Shown: positions 10,222-20,277, numbered from the stretch's first letter. The stretch is DNA of 64,000 bases from an uncultured Gemmatimonadales bacterium (GCA_963809895.1 CAWELD010000010.1:864001-928000), one strand, 5' to 3'. Numbers and translations: made by a program. The notes: generated by a model not told the origin, from the letters alone.

Positions 10222-11721
10222 ATGTGGGGATTCGCGGAGGGTGTGGTGAGGGGTCGGCGTGTGGTGGGATGGGTGGCGGCGCTGGCTCTGGGGCTCGGTG
10301 GAGCGGCCCCGCACGCGGCGGCGCAGCAGGGTCCCGCCTTCCCGTCGCTTCCCGATGCTGCGGCCGTGGGCGACGGCGTGACCGAGCCCTGCCTCCGGGA
10401 GCTCCCGGGTGACGTGCTGTGCGGTCGTTTCCGGGTCTGGGAGAACCGCGGCACTCGCACTGGACGGACGATCGACCTGGGCTTCGTGGTGCTGAAGGCG
10501 CTGAGTGACCAGGGCAACCGTGACGCCTTCATCCAGTTCAACGGGGGACCGGGTGCGCCCGCCACGCCCAGCGCTCCCGGCATGGCTCGGTTCCGCGCGG
10601 ACATTCGGGCCGATCGGGACATCCTGCTCGTAGACGCCAGGGGGACGGGAGCCTCGGAGCCGCTGTTCTGCGACAATCCCTTTCCCGGCGGCGTCGCCTC
10701 ACGGTTCGAGACCGTCTTCCCCCTGGACCACATCGACGCGTGTCGCGCCATGCTCTCGGCGCGGGCGGACCTGTCGCAGTACACGACCCCGGCCGCCATG
10801 GACGACCTGGCCGATCTGGCCACGTGGCTTGGATACGCCCAGCTCGACCTGAGCGGGGGCTCGTACGGGACCCGCGAGGCCCAGATCTTCACGCGTCGCC
10901 ACCCCGCGATGGTGCGCACGGTGATCCTGAACGGCGTGGCCCCGGTGGACCAGCGGGTCTACCTGTACCATGCCCGGGACCTGCAGGAGGCGCTGGATCG
11001 CACACTCGACGACTGTCGCAGCCAGCCGGCCTGCGCCGCCGCCTATCCCGATCTCGACCAGGTCCTGGACGACGTCCTGACCACTGCCGCCGACAGCCCG
11101 CCCGAGGTGCTGGAAGAGGGGATCCGCGTGCCGTTCGGAATCGGACCGCTCTCCTACGCCCTGCGCGGGCTCCTGTACGGGCAGGCCGGGTCGGTTCCCG
11201 CCCGGCTCTACGAAGCCCACGCCGGCAACTGGCAGCCCCTGGCGGACTACTACCTGTCGCGCCAGGCGTGGGTGGGTGCGGCTGGCGGCGTTCCCGCGGG
11301 CTACCACCTTTCCGTGCTGTGCGCCGAGGATGTCGATCCCCTGAGCTGGGACGACATCCGGCAGGCCACCGCCGGCACCTTCATGGGGGATTTCCTCATC
11401 GCCGGCTACAAGCGTGCCTGCGATCGTTGGCCGTCAGCGAAGATGCCCCCCGAGTTCTTCCGCCCTGTGCAGTCGGACAAGCCAGCGCTGATTCTGTCCG
11501 GAGGGCGGGATCCGGTGACGCCGGTGGAGGGGGCCGACCATGTGGCCGAGGGATGGCCGAACCACGTGCAGGTGGTGGTCCCCAACGGCGGGCACGGCCA
11601 GGGCGGCCCCTGCATCAACGCCATGGTGGTTCGGCTGGTCCAGACCGGGTCCCTCGACGGCATCGACACCAGTTGCGTGCAGGACGCACCGCCGACCCGC
11701 TTCGAGCTGCCGGGGGGGTGA
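10222..11721 (+). CDS. Secreted alpha/beta hydrolase (TAP-like/S33 peptidase type)
   Basis: NGGPG, DARGTG, GGSYG nucleophile elbow, GGRDPVTP, GGHG; GGAGG RBS. Confidence 0.88.
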   Translation: MWGFAEGVVRGRRVVGWVAALALGLGGAAPHAAAQQGPAFPSLPDAAAVGDGVTEPCLRELPGDVLCGRFRVWENRGTRTGRTIDLGFVVLKALSDQGNRDAFIQFNGGPGAPATPSAPGMARFRADIRADRDILLVDARGTGASEPLFCDNPFPGGVASRFETVFPLDHIDACRAMLSARADLSQYTTPAAMDDLADLATWLGYAQLDLSGGSYGTREAQIFTRRHPAMVRTVILNGVAPVDQRVYLYHARDLQEALDRTLDDCRSQPACAAAYPDLDQVLDDVLTTAADSPPEVLEEGIRVPFGIGPLSYALRGLLYGQAGSVPARLYEAHAGNWQPLADYYLSRQAWVGAAGGVPAGYHLSVLCAEDVDPLSWDDIRQATAGTFMGDFLIAGYKRACDRWPSAKMPPEFFRPVQSDKPALILSGGRDPVTPVEGADHVAEGWPNHVQVVVPNGGHGQGGPCINAMVVRLVQTGSLDGIDTSCVQDAPPTRFELPGG

Positions 11722-11812
11722 GCCGCGCCGTCGGCCCCGGGGGCCCGCCTTGTGGCGCGGGCCTGACCGGAGCTGACGACGCGACTCGGTGGCGCCCCGC
11801 CGTGGGCGGACC

Positions 11813-13801
11813 CTACCGCCGCCGGCCCTCGCCCACGTGCTCGCCCGTGAGCCCGCAGTAGGCATCCACCAGCTCCAGGAACCCCTGGCGGTAGCCATCG
11901 GGATCCTCGCCGAGGCCGTCTTCGGCCAGAGCCAGGATCTGTGCGGCGCTGATGGCGCCGCGGTACTCGGAGCCCCGCAGCAACATGCCGAAGCCCGCCA
12001 CCGCCGCGGCGAAGTTGAAGTCATCGGAGACCTGGCCGCCGCGGTCGCGTATCGCGTGTTGGATCAGCTCGCTCTCCGTGCCCGCCGGCTGCTTGTAGCG
12101 GATCTTCACGAAGGCCAGTTCCTCGCCGCTGCTGGGATCGACCGTGCGGGTAGGGGAGTTGTAGCGGAGTGGATCCACCTGCCCGGGGTCGACGTCGGAC
12201 TCTGCACCCACCGGCACGATCTCGTAGAGCGCGGTGACCGTGTGACCCGCGCCCATCTCGCCGGCGTCCTTGCGGTCGTCGTTGAAGTCCTCGGCGGCGA
12301 GGAGCCGATTCTCGTAGCCGAGCAGGCGGTAGGACTGGACACGCGCCGGATTGAACTCGATCTGGACCTTCACGTCCTTGGCCACCGTGAGCAGGGTTCC
12401 GCCCATCTCGCGCACGAGCACCTTGCGGGCTTCCTGGAGCCCGTCGATGTACGCGTAGTTGCCGTTCCCGTGCTGGGCGATGCCCTGCATCTTCTCGGAC
12501 TGCAGGTTGCCGGTGCCGAAGCCCAGGACGGTGAGGAAGGTGCCCTCGGCTCGCCGCTCTTCCACCAGGCGGATCATGGCCCCGTCGCTGCTTTCGCCGA
12601 CGTTGAAATCGCCGTCGGTGGCCAGAATGACGCGGTTGTTGCCGTCACGACGGAAGTGCTTGCGCGCCACGCGGTAGGCAAGGCGAAGTCCCTCACCGCC
12701 GGCCGTGGAGCCGCCCGCCCTCAACCGCTCGATGGCGGCCAGGATGCGCTCCTTGTGGGCTCCGGAGGTGGGCTCCAGCACCAGTCCCGCGGCGCCGGCG
12801 TAGACGACGATGGCCACGTGGTCCTCAGGCCGCATCTGATCCACCAGGAGTCGCATGGAGGACTGCACGAGGGGCAGCTTGTCGGGCGACGCCATGGAGC
12901 CCGACACGTCCAGCAGGAACACCAGGTTCGCCGGCGGCATCTCCTCCGTGGCGATGGGCCGACTCGCCAGGCCGATGCGGAGCAGACGGTGCCGTGGTGC
13001 CCAGGGGGCCGCACCCACCTCGGTGGTGACGGCCACGGGGTCGTCGCCTCGGGGCCGCGCGTAATCGTACGAGAAGTAGTTGATCAGCTCTTCGATCTGC
13101 ACGGCGTCTACCGGCGGGAGCCGCTGCTCCCGCAACAGAAAGCGGCGCACGTTGCTGTACGACGCCCGGTCCACGTCGATGGAGAACGTCGAGAGCGGAT
13201 GGTCCAGCACCGACTGGAAGGCGTTCTCCTCGATGTGGGCGTATTGCTCGCGGTTCCAGCCGGGCCCCTGACGCCAGCGGAGCTCGTTCGAGCGCACCGC
13301 CGGCGCGTACGCGGACGCGGCATCGGCTCGCATCGGCGCCCCCGGGTCGGAGAATGTCGCCGCGATGGTGGGTGAGGCTTCGCCGCCGGAACGTGCGCCG
13401 TCGACCACGACCTCCTGCAAGGCGAACGCTGCGACCTGGAGCCGGAAGTCCGCCGTGATCGTGTCGCCCTGCGCGGCGGCCGGCGGCCGCACCAGCGCAT
13501 CCCGGGTCTGGTAGCCGATCAGCGTCACCGACAGGTGCGCGCCGCCCGGCGGGAACGACCCTCGGGGCACGTCCAGCGTGTAGCGGCCGTCTCGGTCCGT
13601 GAGCGTGCCGACGTTCAACTCGCGCACGGAGATCCGGGCGCTGGCCAGGGGTGACCCGGACAGGTCGTCCACCACGCGTCCGGTGATGTGCAGGTCGGCC
13701 CGAGGAGCCTGGTGCGTCGCGGCCACCAGGACCACCATGGCGACGGGCGCCAGGGCCAGGGCCAGCCGATGGGACGGGATGGTTCGGCGATGGGATGACA
13801 T
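11813..13801 (-). CDS. YfbK-like vWA-domain protein with N-terminal carboxypeptidase-regulatory-like domain
   Basis: STFSIDVDRASY, VFLLDVSGSM (MIDAS), LATDGDFNVG, YRLLGYENR, DAGEMGAGHTVTALYE. Confidence 0.9.
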   Translation of the reverse strand: MSSHRRTIPSHRLALALAPVAMVVLVAATHQAPRADLHITGRVVDDLSGSPLASARISVRELNVGTLTDRDGRYTLDVPRGSFPPGGAHLSVTLIGYQTRDALVRPPAAAQGDTITADFRLQVAAFALQEVVVDGARSGGEASPTIAATFSDPGAPMRADAASAYAPAVRSNELRWRQGPGWNREQYAHIEENAFQSVLDHPLSTFSIDVDRASYSNVRRFLLREQRLPPVDAVQIEELINYFSYDYARPRGDDPVAVTTEVGAAPWAPRHRLLRIGLASRPIATEEMPPANLVFLLDVSGSMASPDKLPLVQSSMRLLVDQMRPEDHVAIVVYAGAAGLVLEPTSGAHKERILAAIERLRAGGSTAGGEGLRLAYRVARKHFRRDGNNRVILATDGDFNVGESSDGAMIRLVEERRAEGTFLTVLGFGTGNLQSEKMQGIAQHGNGNYAYIDGLQEARKVLVREMGGTLLTVAKDVKVQIEFNPARVQSYRLLGYENRLLAAEDFNDDRKDAGEMGAGHTVTALYEIVPVGAESDVDPGQVDPLRYNSPTRTVDPSSGEELAFVKIRYKQPAGTESELIQHAIRDRGGQVSDDFNFAAAVAGFGMLLRGSEYRGAISAAQILALAEDGLGEDPDGYRQGFLELVDAYCGLTGEHVGEGRRR

Positions 13802-13866
13802 GGGGCGCCTCGCTCGTTTCGGGTCCATGTGTCGCGCGGCCACCTGGGACCGCCGTTTCGAGAGAG

Positions 13867-13894
13867 CGACGCGCGAGTCCGGGGGATTTGCACA
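13867..13894 (-). promoter_or_regulatory. Putative ECF promoter for the vWA gene
   Basis: Minus strand reads TGTGCAAA-N15-CGTCG. Confidence 0.65.
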
Positions 13895-13952
13895 CGGGGT
13901 CGAAACTCCGGCGTCGAGAGCCCCGCGCACCTACCTTGGCGTCGGAGGGCGT

Positions 13953-13980
13953 TGTGCAACTCTTCGAGCTTGATTCGTCG
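13953..13980 (+). promoter_or_regulatory. Putative autoregulatory ECF promoter for the sigma gene
   Basis: TGTGCAAC-N15-CGTCG, same motif and spacing as the divergent copy. Confidence 0.65.
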
Positions 13981-14045
13981 TACAGCCGTCAACGGACCCA
14001 CCCGGCCGGCAAAGGCAGGCGCCGGCCCCTCGATCCGGGAGGAGG

Positions 14046-14555
14046 ATGAAGACCAACTGGGAAGCCGTGTATCGCACGGTCTATCCGGAGGTGCTTCGCT
14101 TCCTTCGGTGGATGCTGTCCGACGACGACGAGGCCGAGGATCTCGCGCAGGAGGCGTTCGCGCGCGTGCTGACGGTGGACGCCGAGAATCCCCGGGGGCT
14201 CGTGTTCCGGACGGCGACCAACCTGGCGCGGGACGCGGCCCGGACCGTCGTGCGGCGCAGACGGCACCTGACGCTGTTGCGAGTGGAGGAGGACGTGCGA
14301 GCCGAGCGATCGTCGAATCCGGCGCGAGACCTCGAAGCCCGCGAACGCACCGAGCGCGTGCGGCGGGCGCTGGACGAGCTGTCGGAGCGGGACCGCGAGG
14401 TGCTCCTGCTGTGGAACGCCGGCCTCGACTACACGGAGATCGCGGAGCAGACCGGCCTCGCGCGGGGAGCCATCGGAACGACGGTGGCCCGAGCGAAGAA
14501 GAAACTCGTCGACGCGCATCACGCGTTGGAGGATACCGATGCAGCACTTGGATGA
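14046..14555 (+). CDS. ECF sigma-70 factor
   Basis: AEDLAQEAF (region 2), LDELSERDREVLLL..YTEIAE..RAKKKL (region 4); GGAGGAGG RBS. Confidence 0.92.
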   Translation: MKTNWEAVYRTVYPEVLRFLRWMLSDDDEAEDLAQEAFARVLTVDAENPRGLVFRTATNLARDAARTVVRRRRHLTLLRVEEDVRAERSSNPARDLEARERTERVRRALDELSERDREVLLLWNAGLDYTEIAEQTGLARGAIGTTVARAKKKLVDAHHALEDTDAALG

Positions 14556-15798
14556 AGGACTGCTCCAGGCCTGGTTGGACCGGGACCGCTCCGGGTTGAG
14601 CGCCGTCGAGCTCGCCGAGATCGGGCGTCATCTGGCGTCGTGTGAGACGTGCGCCCGGGAGCTCGAAGCGCTGCAGGACTCCTCTCGACAGGTGGAAGCG
14701 CTTCTCGCAGGCCCCGCGGGCGTCGAGGAGTCGATCCCCGCCTATACCGATATCCGGGCGCGGGCACAGGAAGGCGGGACCCGGGCCCGCCGTCGCCCGG
14801 CCTGGGTCACCGCGGGCTGGGCCGCCAGTATCGCCGTGGCCCTTGGCGCCGGATGGTTCGCCAACGAGATGTACCGCGCCGAGCGGCTGCCGCCCTCGGT
14901 CGCGGAGAGCGCCGGGGATGCCGGTGCGCGCGCGGCGGCCGCGTCAGCGCCCCCGACCGCTGCGGCCGGCGAGAGCGCACTGGACTCTGCCCCGGTACGG
15001 ATGGCTCGGGAGAGGGCCGAGCCCGCCGCATCCGCCCCCGAACGGTTCGCCGGGGCGCCACCCGCGCCGGCCCCTGCGGCCGACTCCGTGGTGACCAGGG
15101 CGACCACGTTCGACGACGCGCGACCGGTGACGGTGACGGGTAAGGTCACGGACGAGTCCGGCCGCCCGCTGGAAGCAGCGCAGGTGATCGTCCAGGGTCT
15201 GGACGTGGGTACCCTGACGCGCGCTGACGGCAGCTTCGAACTGTTGTTCGACCCACGCCCCGGGACGCTCCTGGACGACGTCAGCCTCACTGCCGGGCTG
15301 ATCGGCTACGGCACCGAGAGCCGTCCGCTCACGCTCCTGGGCCGGGACTCGGCTGCGGCGGAGTTCCGCTTGTCGAGCGCTGCGTTGGGGCTGAACGAAC
15401 TCGTGGTGGCCGGTGCACAGTCGCCCACCGCCGAAGCCGCCGCGGACGCACCCAGGGCCGCCACGCGGCAGGACGCCGCCTCGGTGGTCTGGAGGGCCGC
15501 GAGCCGCGCGGCCGCAGAGGCCGAGGCCGGGTTCAGGATCCTCACGATTCCGGAGCGTGAGGTCACCGGGGTGAGCGTGGCCACCGTCGGCGACGATGCC
15601 TTCGTGCGCGTCGTCCAGGGCCTGGAGGGGGGGAGCACCGTGGAACTGGTGGAAGGCCGTAGCCCCATCCCCCCGGCACTGGCCTCGGCCCCCGAGGGCC
15701 AGGCGCGCGTGACGCTCCGACAGGGTACTCTCTACCTGAGCGCCACCGCCCCCATGAGCAGGGAGGCGTTGGAGGAGCTGATCCAGAGCGTGAGGTGA
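14539..15798 (+). CDS. Zinc-finger (HxxxCxxC) anti-sigma factor with TM helix and carboxypeptidase-regulatory-like domain
   Basis: HLASCETC; WAASIAVALGAGW TM; VTGKVTDESGRPLEAAQV..GTLTRADGSF. Confidence 0.85.
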   Translation: MQHLDEGLLQAWLDRDRSGLSAVELAEIGRHLASCETCARELEALQDSSRQVEALLAGPAGVEESIPAYTDIRARAQEGGTRARRRPAWVTAGWAASIAVALGAGWFANEMYRAERLPPSVAESAGDAGARAAAASAPPTAAAGESALDSAPVRMARERAEPAASAPERFAGAPPAPAPAADSVVTRATTFDDARPVTVTGKVTDESGRPLEAAQVIVQGLDVGTLTRADGSFELLFDPRPGTLLDDVSLTAGLIGYGTESRPLTLLGRDSAAAEFRLSSAALGLNELVVAGAQSPTAEAAADAPRAATRQDAASVVWRAASRAAAEAEAGFRILTIPEREVTGVSVATVGDDAFVRVVQGLEGGSTVELVEGRSPIPPALASAPEGQARVTLRQGTLYLSATAPMSREALEELIQSVR

Positions 15799-15801
15799 GC
15801 G

Positions 15802-17031
15802 ATGCGAGCCCGAGTCCTTCTGCTGGTCATCCTTGTCGCGCTGCCCGCCGGACTGTCCGGCCAGCGCCCCGAGCCCACGACGAGTTTCACGGCCAGAGCA
15901 GCTCGCCTCTTCGACGGGCAGCGCATGACGGAGGGGCCCGTCGTGCTCGTGGTGCGGGACGGGAGGGTAGCGGAGGTACGCGACGCGGCACCCGACGAGG
16001 CGGTGGACTACGACCTGGGTGACGCCACGCTCATGCCGGGGATGATCGACGCCCACGATCACATCGGCTGGTACGTGAACGCCCAGGGCAGGCTCCACTC
16101 CGGCGGCGACGGGGAGACCCAGGCGGACGAGACGCTGGCCGGTGCCCGCAACGCCTGGGTGACGCTGCGCGCGGGATTCACCACGATCCAGAGTCCCGGC
16201 TACGGGTCGGATCGCCACCTCCGCCACTGGATCGCCGACATGGGGCTGCCGGGCCCGAAAATCCTCACCTCGCTGCAGCCGTTGAGCGACGATCGCCTCT
16301 CGCCCGACTCGCTCCGCGCTCTGGTGCGCGCGCGTCGACGCCAGGGGGCGGACCTCATCAAGGTCTTCGCCTCGGCAAGCATCCGCACCGGCGGCAAGCA
16401 GACCATGAGCGACGAGCAGTTGCGGGCCATCTGTGGAGAGGCGAACAGGCTGGGCCTGCGCACCCTGGTGCACGCGCACTCGGCGGCCAGCGTGCGTGCG
16501 GCGACGCTGGCGGGATGCACGCAGATCGAGCACGGGATCTTCGTGGAGCAGCCCGAGCTCACGCTCATGGCGCAGCACGGCACCTACTTCGATCCGCAGT
16601 GCTCCCTGGTCTTCCGGAACTACCTGGACAACCGGGCGGTGTTCGAGGGGATCGGGAGCTACAACGACGAGGGATTCGACTCCATGGAGCGCGCGATCCC
16701 CCTGGCCATCGAAGGCATCCGCAACGCCCTGGCGACCCCGAGCCTGAAGGTCGTATACGGCACCGATGCCCTGGCCGCGTCGCACGGGCACAACGCCGCG
16801 GACCTGGTCTGCCGGGTGCAGCAGGCGGGCGAGGACCCGGTGCACGCGCTGACCGCAGCGACCTCGTTGAACGCCGAGGCCATGGGCCTGAGCGACCAGA
16901 TCGGATCGTTGACGCCCGGATACCTCGCCGATGTCGTCGCCATCGACGGCGACCCCCGCGAGGACATCACGGCCGTGACGCGCGTGGTGTTCGTGGCCCG
17001 CGGGGGTGTGGTGTACGAGGCGGGCTCCTGA
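15802..17031 (+). CDS. Secreted metal-dependent amidohydrolase
   Basis: MPGMIDAHDH, GADLIKVFA, VHAH, IEHG, YGTDA, GYLADVVAIDGDP. Confidence 0.9.
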   Translation: MRARVLLLVILVALPAGLSGQRPEPTTSFTARAARLFDGQRMTEGPVVLVVRDGRVAEVRDAAPDEAVDYDLGDATLMPGMIDAHDHIGWYVNAQGRLHSGGDGETQADETLAGARNAWVTLRAGFTTIQSPGYGSDRHLRHWIADMGLPGPKILTSLQPLSDDRLSPDSLRALVRARRRQGADLIKVFASASIRTGGKQTMSDEQLRAICGEANRLGLRTLVHAHSAASVRAATLAGCTQIEHGIFVEQPELTLMAQHGTYFDPQCSLVFRNYLDNRAVFEGIGSYNDEGFDSMERAIPLAIEGIRNALATPSLKVVYGTDALAASHGHNAADLVCRVQQAGEDPVHALTAATSLNAEAMGLSDQIGSLTPGYLADVVAIDGDPREDITAVTRVVFVARGGVVYEAGS

Positions 17032-17149
17032 CGTCTGGGGGTGACGAGGGCACGCGCCTGCAAGACGCATCGCTTCCCGGCAGATCGCAATACGTCCGCC
17101 TGCGGCGGCCGATACGATACTCTGCGACGGCGGTGAGGTAAGGTGCTTT

Positions 17150-17167
17150 TGCGTAACCGTTTACGCA
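17150..17167. promoter_or_regulatory. Perfect inverted repeat (candidate regulator site)
   Basis: TGCGTAA-CCGT-TTACGCA. Confidence 0.5.
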
Positions 17168-17181
17168 TATCGAGCCGAGAG

Positions 17182-17197
17182 TGGACGGTGCCTTGCA
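17182..17197 (+). promoter_or_regulatory. Putative sigma54 -24/-12 promoter
   Basis: TGGACGGTGCCTTGCA = GG-N10-GC with TTGCA, about 80 bp upstream of ATG 17276. Confidence 0.6.
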
Positions 17198-17275
17198 AGA
17201 GGGTCGCGACGCTTCGGCGCCGCTCCCAAGCGACGGCGTCACGACCAGCCCCCCCAGGCTCGAGGTAACAGCACG

Positions 17276-17839
17276 ATGACACCCGCCCGCTCGGCCGGGG
17301 CCGTCCTGGCCCTGGCGCTCCTGTCCCTGTGTCCCGCAGCCGCGAAGGCACAGTCCATCGACTCCAACGCGCCCTCCGTTTCGCTCGCCGCCAGTGGCAG
17401 TGAATCCCTGACCCTCAGCGTGACCGGCGTCAGCACGGTCAACTTCGATCTCGACGGTGGCACCACCGTCGCGGGCGACAACGCCATCTCGGTGGACACC
17501 GATTGGCGGCTGAAGGGAAACCGGACCACGCTGCAGATCTGGGGATCGTTCACCTCGTCGACCGACGCTCTGTCGGACGGTACCGGGTATTCGATTCCCA
17601 GCAGCGCCGTGCAGGGGCGTGTCGCCACCGGCGTGCCCACCAGCTTCACCGCCTTCACGCAGACCGGGCCTTTCGGCGCCGCGGGCGCCGCGCTCAAGCT
17701 CGTCGAGCTGTCGGTGAGTCCCCCGAATCACCGCGGTAACCGGTCCGACGACCTGGAGCTCCAGATCGATCAGACGGGGCTCAACCTCGCCGCCGGCGAC
17801 TACAGCGGGACGCTCACCATTCAGGCGACCGCGTTCTGA
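17276..17839 (+). CDS. Putative pilin/fimbrial major subunit (chaperone-usher-like)
   Basis: Signal peptide ending AKA-Q; Ser/Thr/Gly-rich beta-strand pattern; C-terminal AAGDYSGTLTIQATAF resembles the AGxYxG terminal strand of fimbrial subunits. Confidence 0.6.
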   Translation: MTPARSAGAVLALALLSLCPAAAKAQSIDSNAPSVSLAASGSESLTLSVTGVSTVNFDLDGGTTVAGDNAISVDTDWRLKGNRTTLQIWGSFTSSTDALSDGTGYSIPSSAVQGRVATGVPTSFTAFTQTGPFGAAGAALKLVELSVSPPNHRGNRSDDLELQIDQTGLNLAAGDYSGTLTIQATAF

Positions 17840-17840
17840 C

Positions 17841-18584
17841 ATGAAACGGCTCCTGCTCGCCGCGGTGACTCTGCTCACCGCGGCGAGGCCGGGAGCGGCC
17901 CAGTCGGTCAGTCCCCTCATCGCGGAGTACGACCGCCCGACCACCGGACGATTCGAGGTGCAGAACACGGGCCTCTATCCGGTCACGGTGGTGGTGGAGG
18001 CCAAGGGCTTCCACCTCGACCCCGAGGGAGTCCCGACCTTCGAGCCGCTGCCCGCCGACCTCCGTGTCCGACTCTCGGAGACGAGCTTCGAGATCGCGCC
18101 CCGCAGTCGCCACGCCGTCTACTACGAGGTGAGCGCTGCCCGGCTCCCGGCATGGTTCACCATCTACAGCACGATCACCGGTCCGCGTCCGAGCTCGGGT
18201 GTCCAGGTGCGCGTCCAGCTTCCCCACACGGTCTACGTCTACGGGGATCCGCTGACCCGGGACGACGTGGCCCTGGATCGAGCGGAGTGGGTCCGTGGCG
18301 CCGACAGCGTGGTGGTGCGGGTGCGCAACGGTGGGCCACGCCTGGGTCGGGTGCAGGTGGCCCGCGTCGAGGGTGGTGGGCCCCACGTGGACTATCCCGG
18401 GTTTCCGGTCTTTCCGGGCAGTGAGCGTACGATCCACATCCCCTGGACCGGCGACGCGGCGCCGGTCCGCGTGACGCTGGACTTCGGCGACTTCCGTCTC
18501 CAGGGCGACGTCGCGGTGGTGGACGCGCCGGAGCCCGGAGCCCCGGGCGATGGCACGGACGTGACGGATGGCCACGACTCGTGA
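17841..18584 (+). CDS. Putative periplasmic pilus chaperone-like protein
   Basis: Signal peptide, QSVSPLIAEY, FEVQNTG, SFEIAPRSRHAV, VRVRNGG..RV two-Ig-domain pattern similar to PapD-like chaperones. Confidence 0.55.
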   Translation: MKRLLLAAVTLLTAARPGAAQSVSPLIAEYDRPTTGRFEVQNTGLYPVTVVVEAKGFHLDPEGVPTFEPLPADLRVRLSETSFEIAPRSRHAVYYEVSAARLPAWFTIYSTITGPRPSSGVQVRVQLPHTVYVYGDPLTRDDVALDRAEWVRGADSVVVRVRNGGPRLGRVQVARVEGGGPHVDYPGFPVFPGSERTIHIPWTGDAAPVRVTLDFGDFRLQGDVAVVDAPEPGAPGDGTDVTDGHDS

Positions 18585-20277
18585 CCGGACGAGCATCCAA
18601 CGTCATCGGTGGCGCCGGCGATTCCTGCCGGCGGCCACGGTGGCGGCGCTGCTCGCGCCTGCGGCCGTCCGCGGGCAGCGCGTCGTCCGGGTCGACGTGG
18701 GCGCCAACAGCAACTCCGACGCCTACGCCACACGGGTCCAGTGGTTCGGACCGCGCTTCGAGGGATGGCTGGCCGCCGCCGGCGGTCGGGATCGGTCGCT
18801 GGGCGGTTGGATCGGCACGCGTCTGGGCGAGCTCCGACTCGGGGTGGGAGATGCGCCGGTAGCTCTTTCCCTTCCCACGGACCGACTCGGGGGAGCGCCG
18901 GGTCTCATGGGCCGCGGCGTCGTTCTCGCCGATTCTGCCGGCCGATTCGAATGGAGTGCCTTCGCCGGTTGGGGCGCGCGCGCCCGCAACCCGGTCCCGG
19001 GGCTCATGACCGCACAGACGTCGTCGCGCATGGCCCGCCTGGACGCCAGTTGGGCCGCGTCGCCCACCGTGACCTGGGCCGCTTTCCAGACCCTCGCCGA
19101 GGATGGCTGGACGCACCTGGAGTCCCTGAGCTGGGAGCCCTCGGCCGCGCTTTGTCTCGACGCTACCGGCGGCCGGATGGAGGGAGCCCCGTTCGGCGCC
19201 CTCGCGTTGTCGACCTCGACCCGGCATCTGGAGTTCACCTCCGTCTACACGTGGAGCTCCGGGGCGCAACGCCGGATGGCCGCGCCCGACGTCTTCTTCG
19301 CCGAGAGCGCGGGTCTCAACGGGCGCCTGCTATGGCGACCCTCCGAGAACTGGTACCTCGAGGCGTCACGCGTCCGCCGGCATACGTCGGAGCTCGTCGC
19401 CGATCCTCTTCCGCCGCGCACGGTCCACCAGGTCGGTGGGGGACTTGCCCTCGGCCGGGTGTCGCTTCGGGGCTCCGTCCAGGAATCCCCCGACCCCACG
19501 GGCGGAGATGCGAGCCGCGGGGCGCGACTCGGCGTCAGCGCGCGGGTCACACCCATGCTGCGTGGCGACCTCTCGTACTTCGTGAGTCGCGATGCGCGAG
19601 GCGTGACGACCGGCATCGGCGTGGCCAGTCTGCGCGAGAGAATCCGCCCCGCGCTGGAGTTGCTCCAGCGGGTCACCCTGGACGGCCGGGGCAAGCCCTC
19701 CGTGGCGTTGGGTGGCCGCTTCGAGCGCGGAGGCTCGAGCGTCGGACTGGACTATCGGACGGACTTCGTGCCCAGCGAGTCCGGCTCTCAGTTCCGGACG
19801 GCTCTGGTGATCGACGTCCGCATTCAGCTTTCATCGACCAGCGATGTCACGGCCACCACCTACCTGGACGGATACGGAAACACCGTCTACCGGGCCCGCG
19901 CCGGACGCTGGCTCTACCCGGGCTCCCGGGAGCGCGGGGGGACGCGTCGGACCTCGGCGGAGGACTTCGACTTTCCGGATCGCGTCGTACGGGGGCGCGT
20001 GCAACTGGAGGACGGCACACCGGTGGAGGGCGCAGCCGTGGCGGTGGGAGATCGGGTCCTCTATTCGGACTCCGAAGGGCGCTTCCTGCTGCGTACCGAC
20101 GACACGAACCCCATGCCGTTCGAGGTGGCGTTGGGGGAGTTCCTGCTACCCGGGGCATACCGCATTCTCAGCGCCCCGGATGAGGTGCGGGCGGTTCCGG
20201 AGGGCGAGGTGGAAGACGTCGTGGTCGTCCTCCGCAAGGTGACCCCCGCTCCGGCCGGCGCTCGAGAAACGCGCTGA
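18568..20277 (+). CDS. Putative usher-like outer-membrane beta-barrel with C-terminal carboxypeptidase-regulatory-like domain
   Basis: Signal peptide, RLGVGD motif, alternating amphipathic strands, VRGRVQLEDGTPVEGAAV..SDSEGRF. Confidence 0.5.
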   Translation: MATTRDRTSIQRHRWRRRFLPAATVAALLAPAAVRGQRVVRVDVGANSNSDAYATRVQWFGPRFEGWLAAAGGRDRSLGGWIGTRLGELRLGVGDAPVALSLPTDRLGGAPGLMGRGVVLADSAGRFEWSAFAGWGARARNPVPGLMTAQTSSRMARLDASWAASPTVTWAAFQTLAEDGWTHLESLSWEPSAALCLDATGGRMEGAPFGALALSTSTRHLEFTSVYTWSSGAQRRMAAPDVFFAESAGLNGRLLWRPSENWYLEASRVRRHTSELVADPLPPRTVHQVGGGLALGRVSLRGSVQESPDPTGGDASRGARLGVSARVTPMLRGDLSYFVSRDARGVTTGIGVASLRERIRPALELLQRVTLDGRGKPSVALGGRFERGGSSVGLDYRTDFVPSESGSQFRTALVIDVRIQLSSTSDVTATTYLDGYGNTVYRARAGRWLYPGSRERGGTRRTSAEDFDFPDRVVRGRVQLEDGTPVEGAAVAVGDRVLYSDSEGRFLLRTDDTNPMPFEVALGEFLLPGAYRILSAPDEVRAVPEGEVEDVVVVLRKVTPAPAGARETR

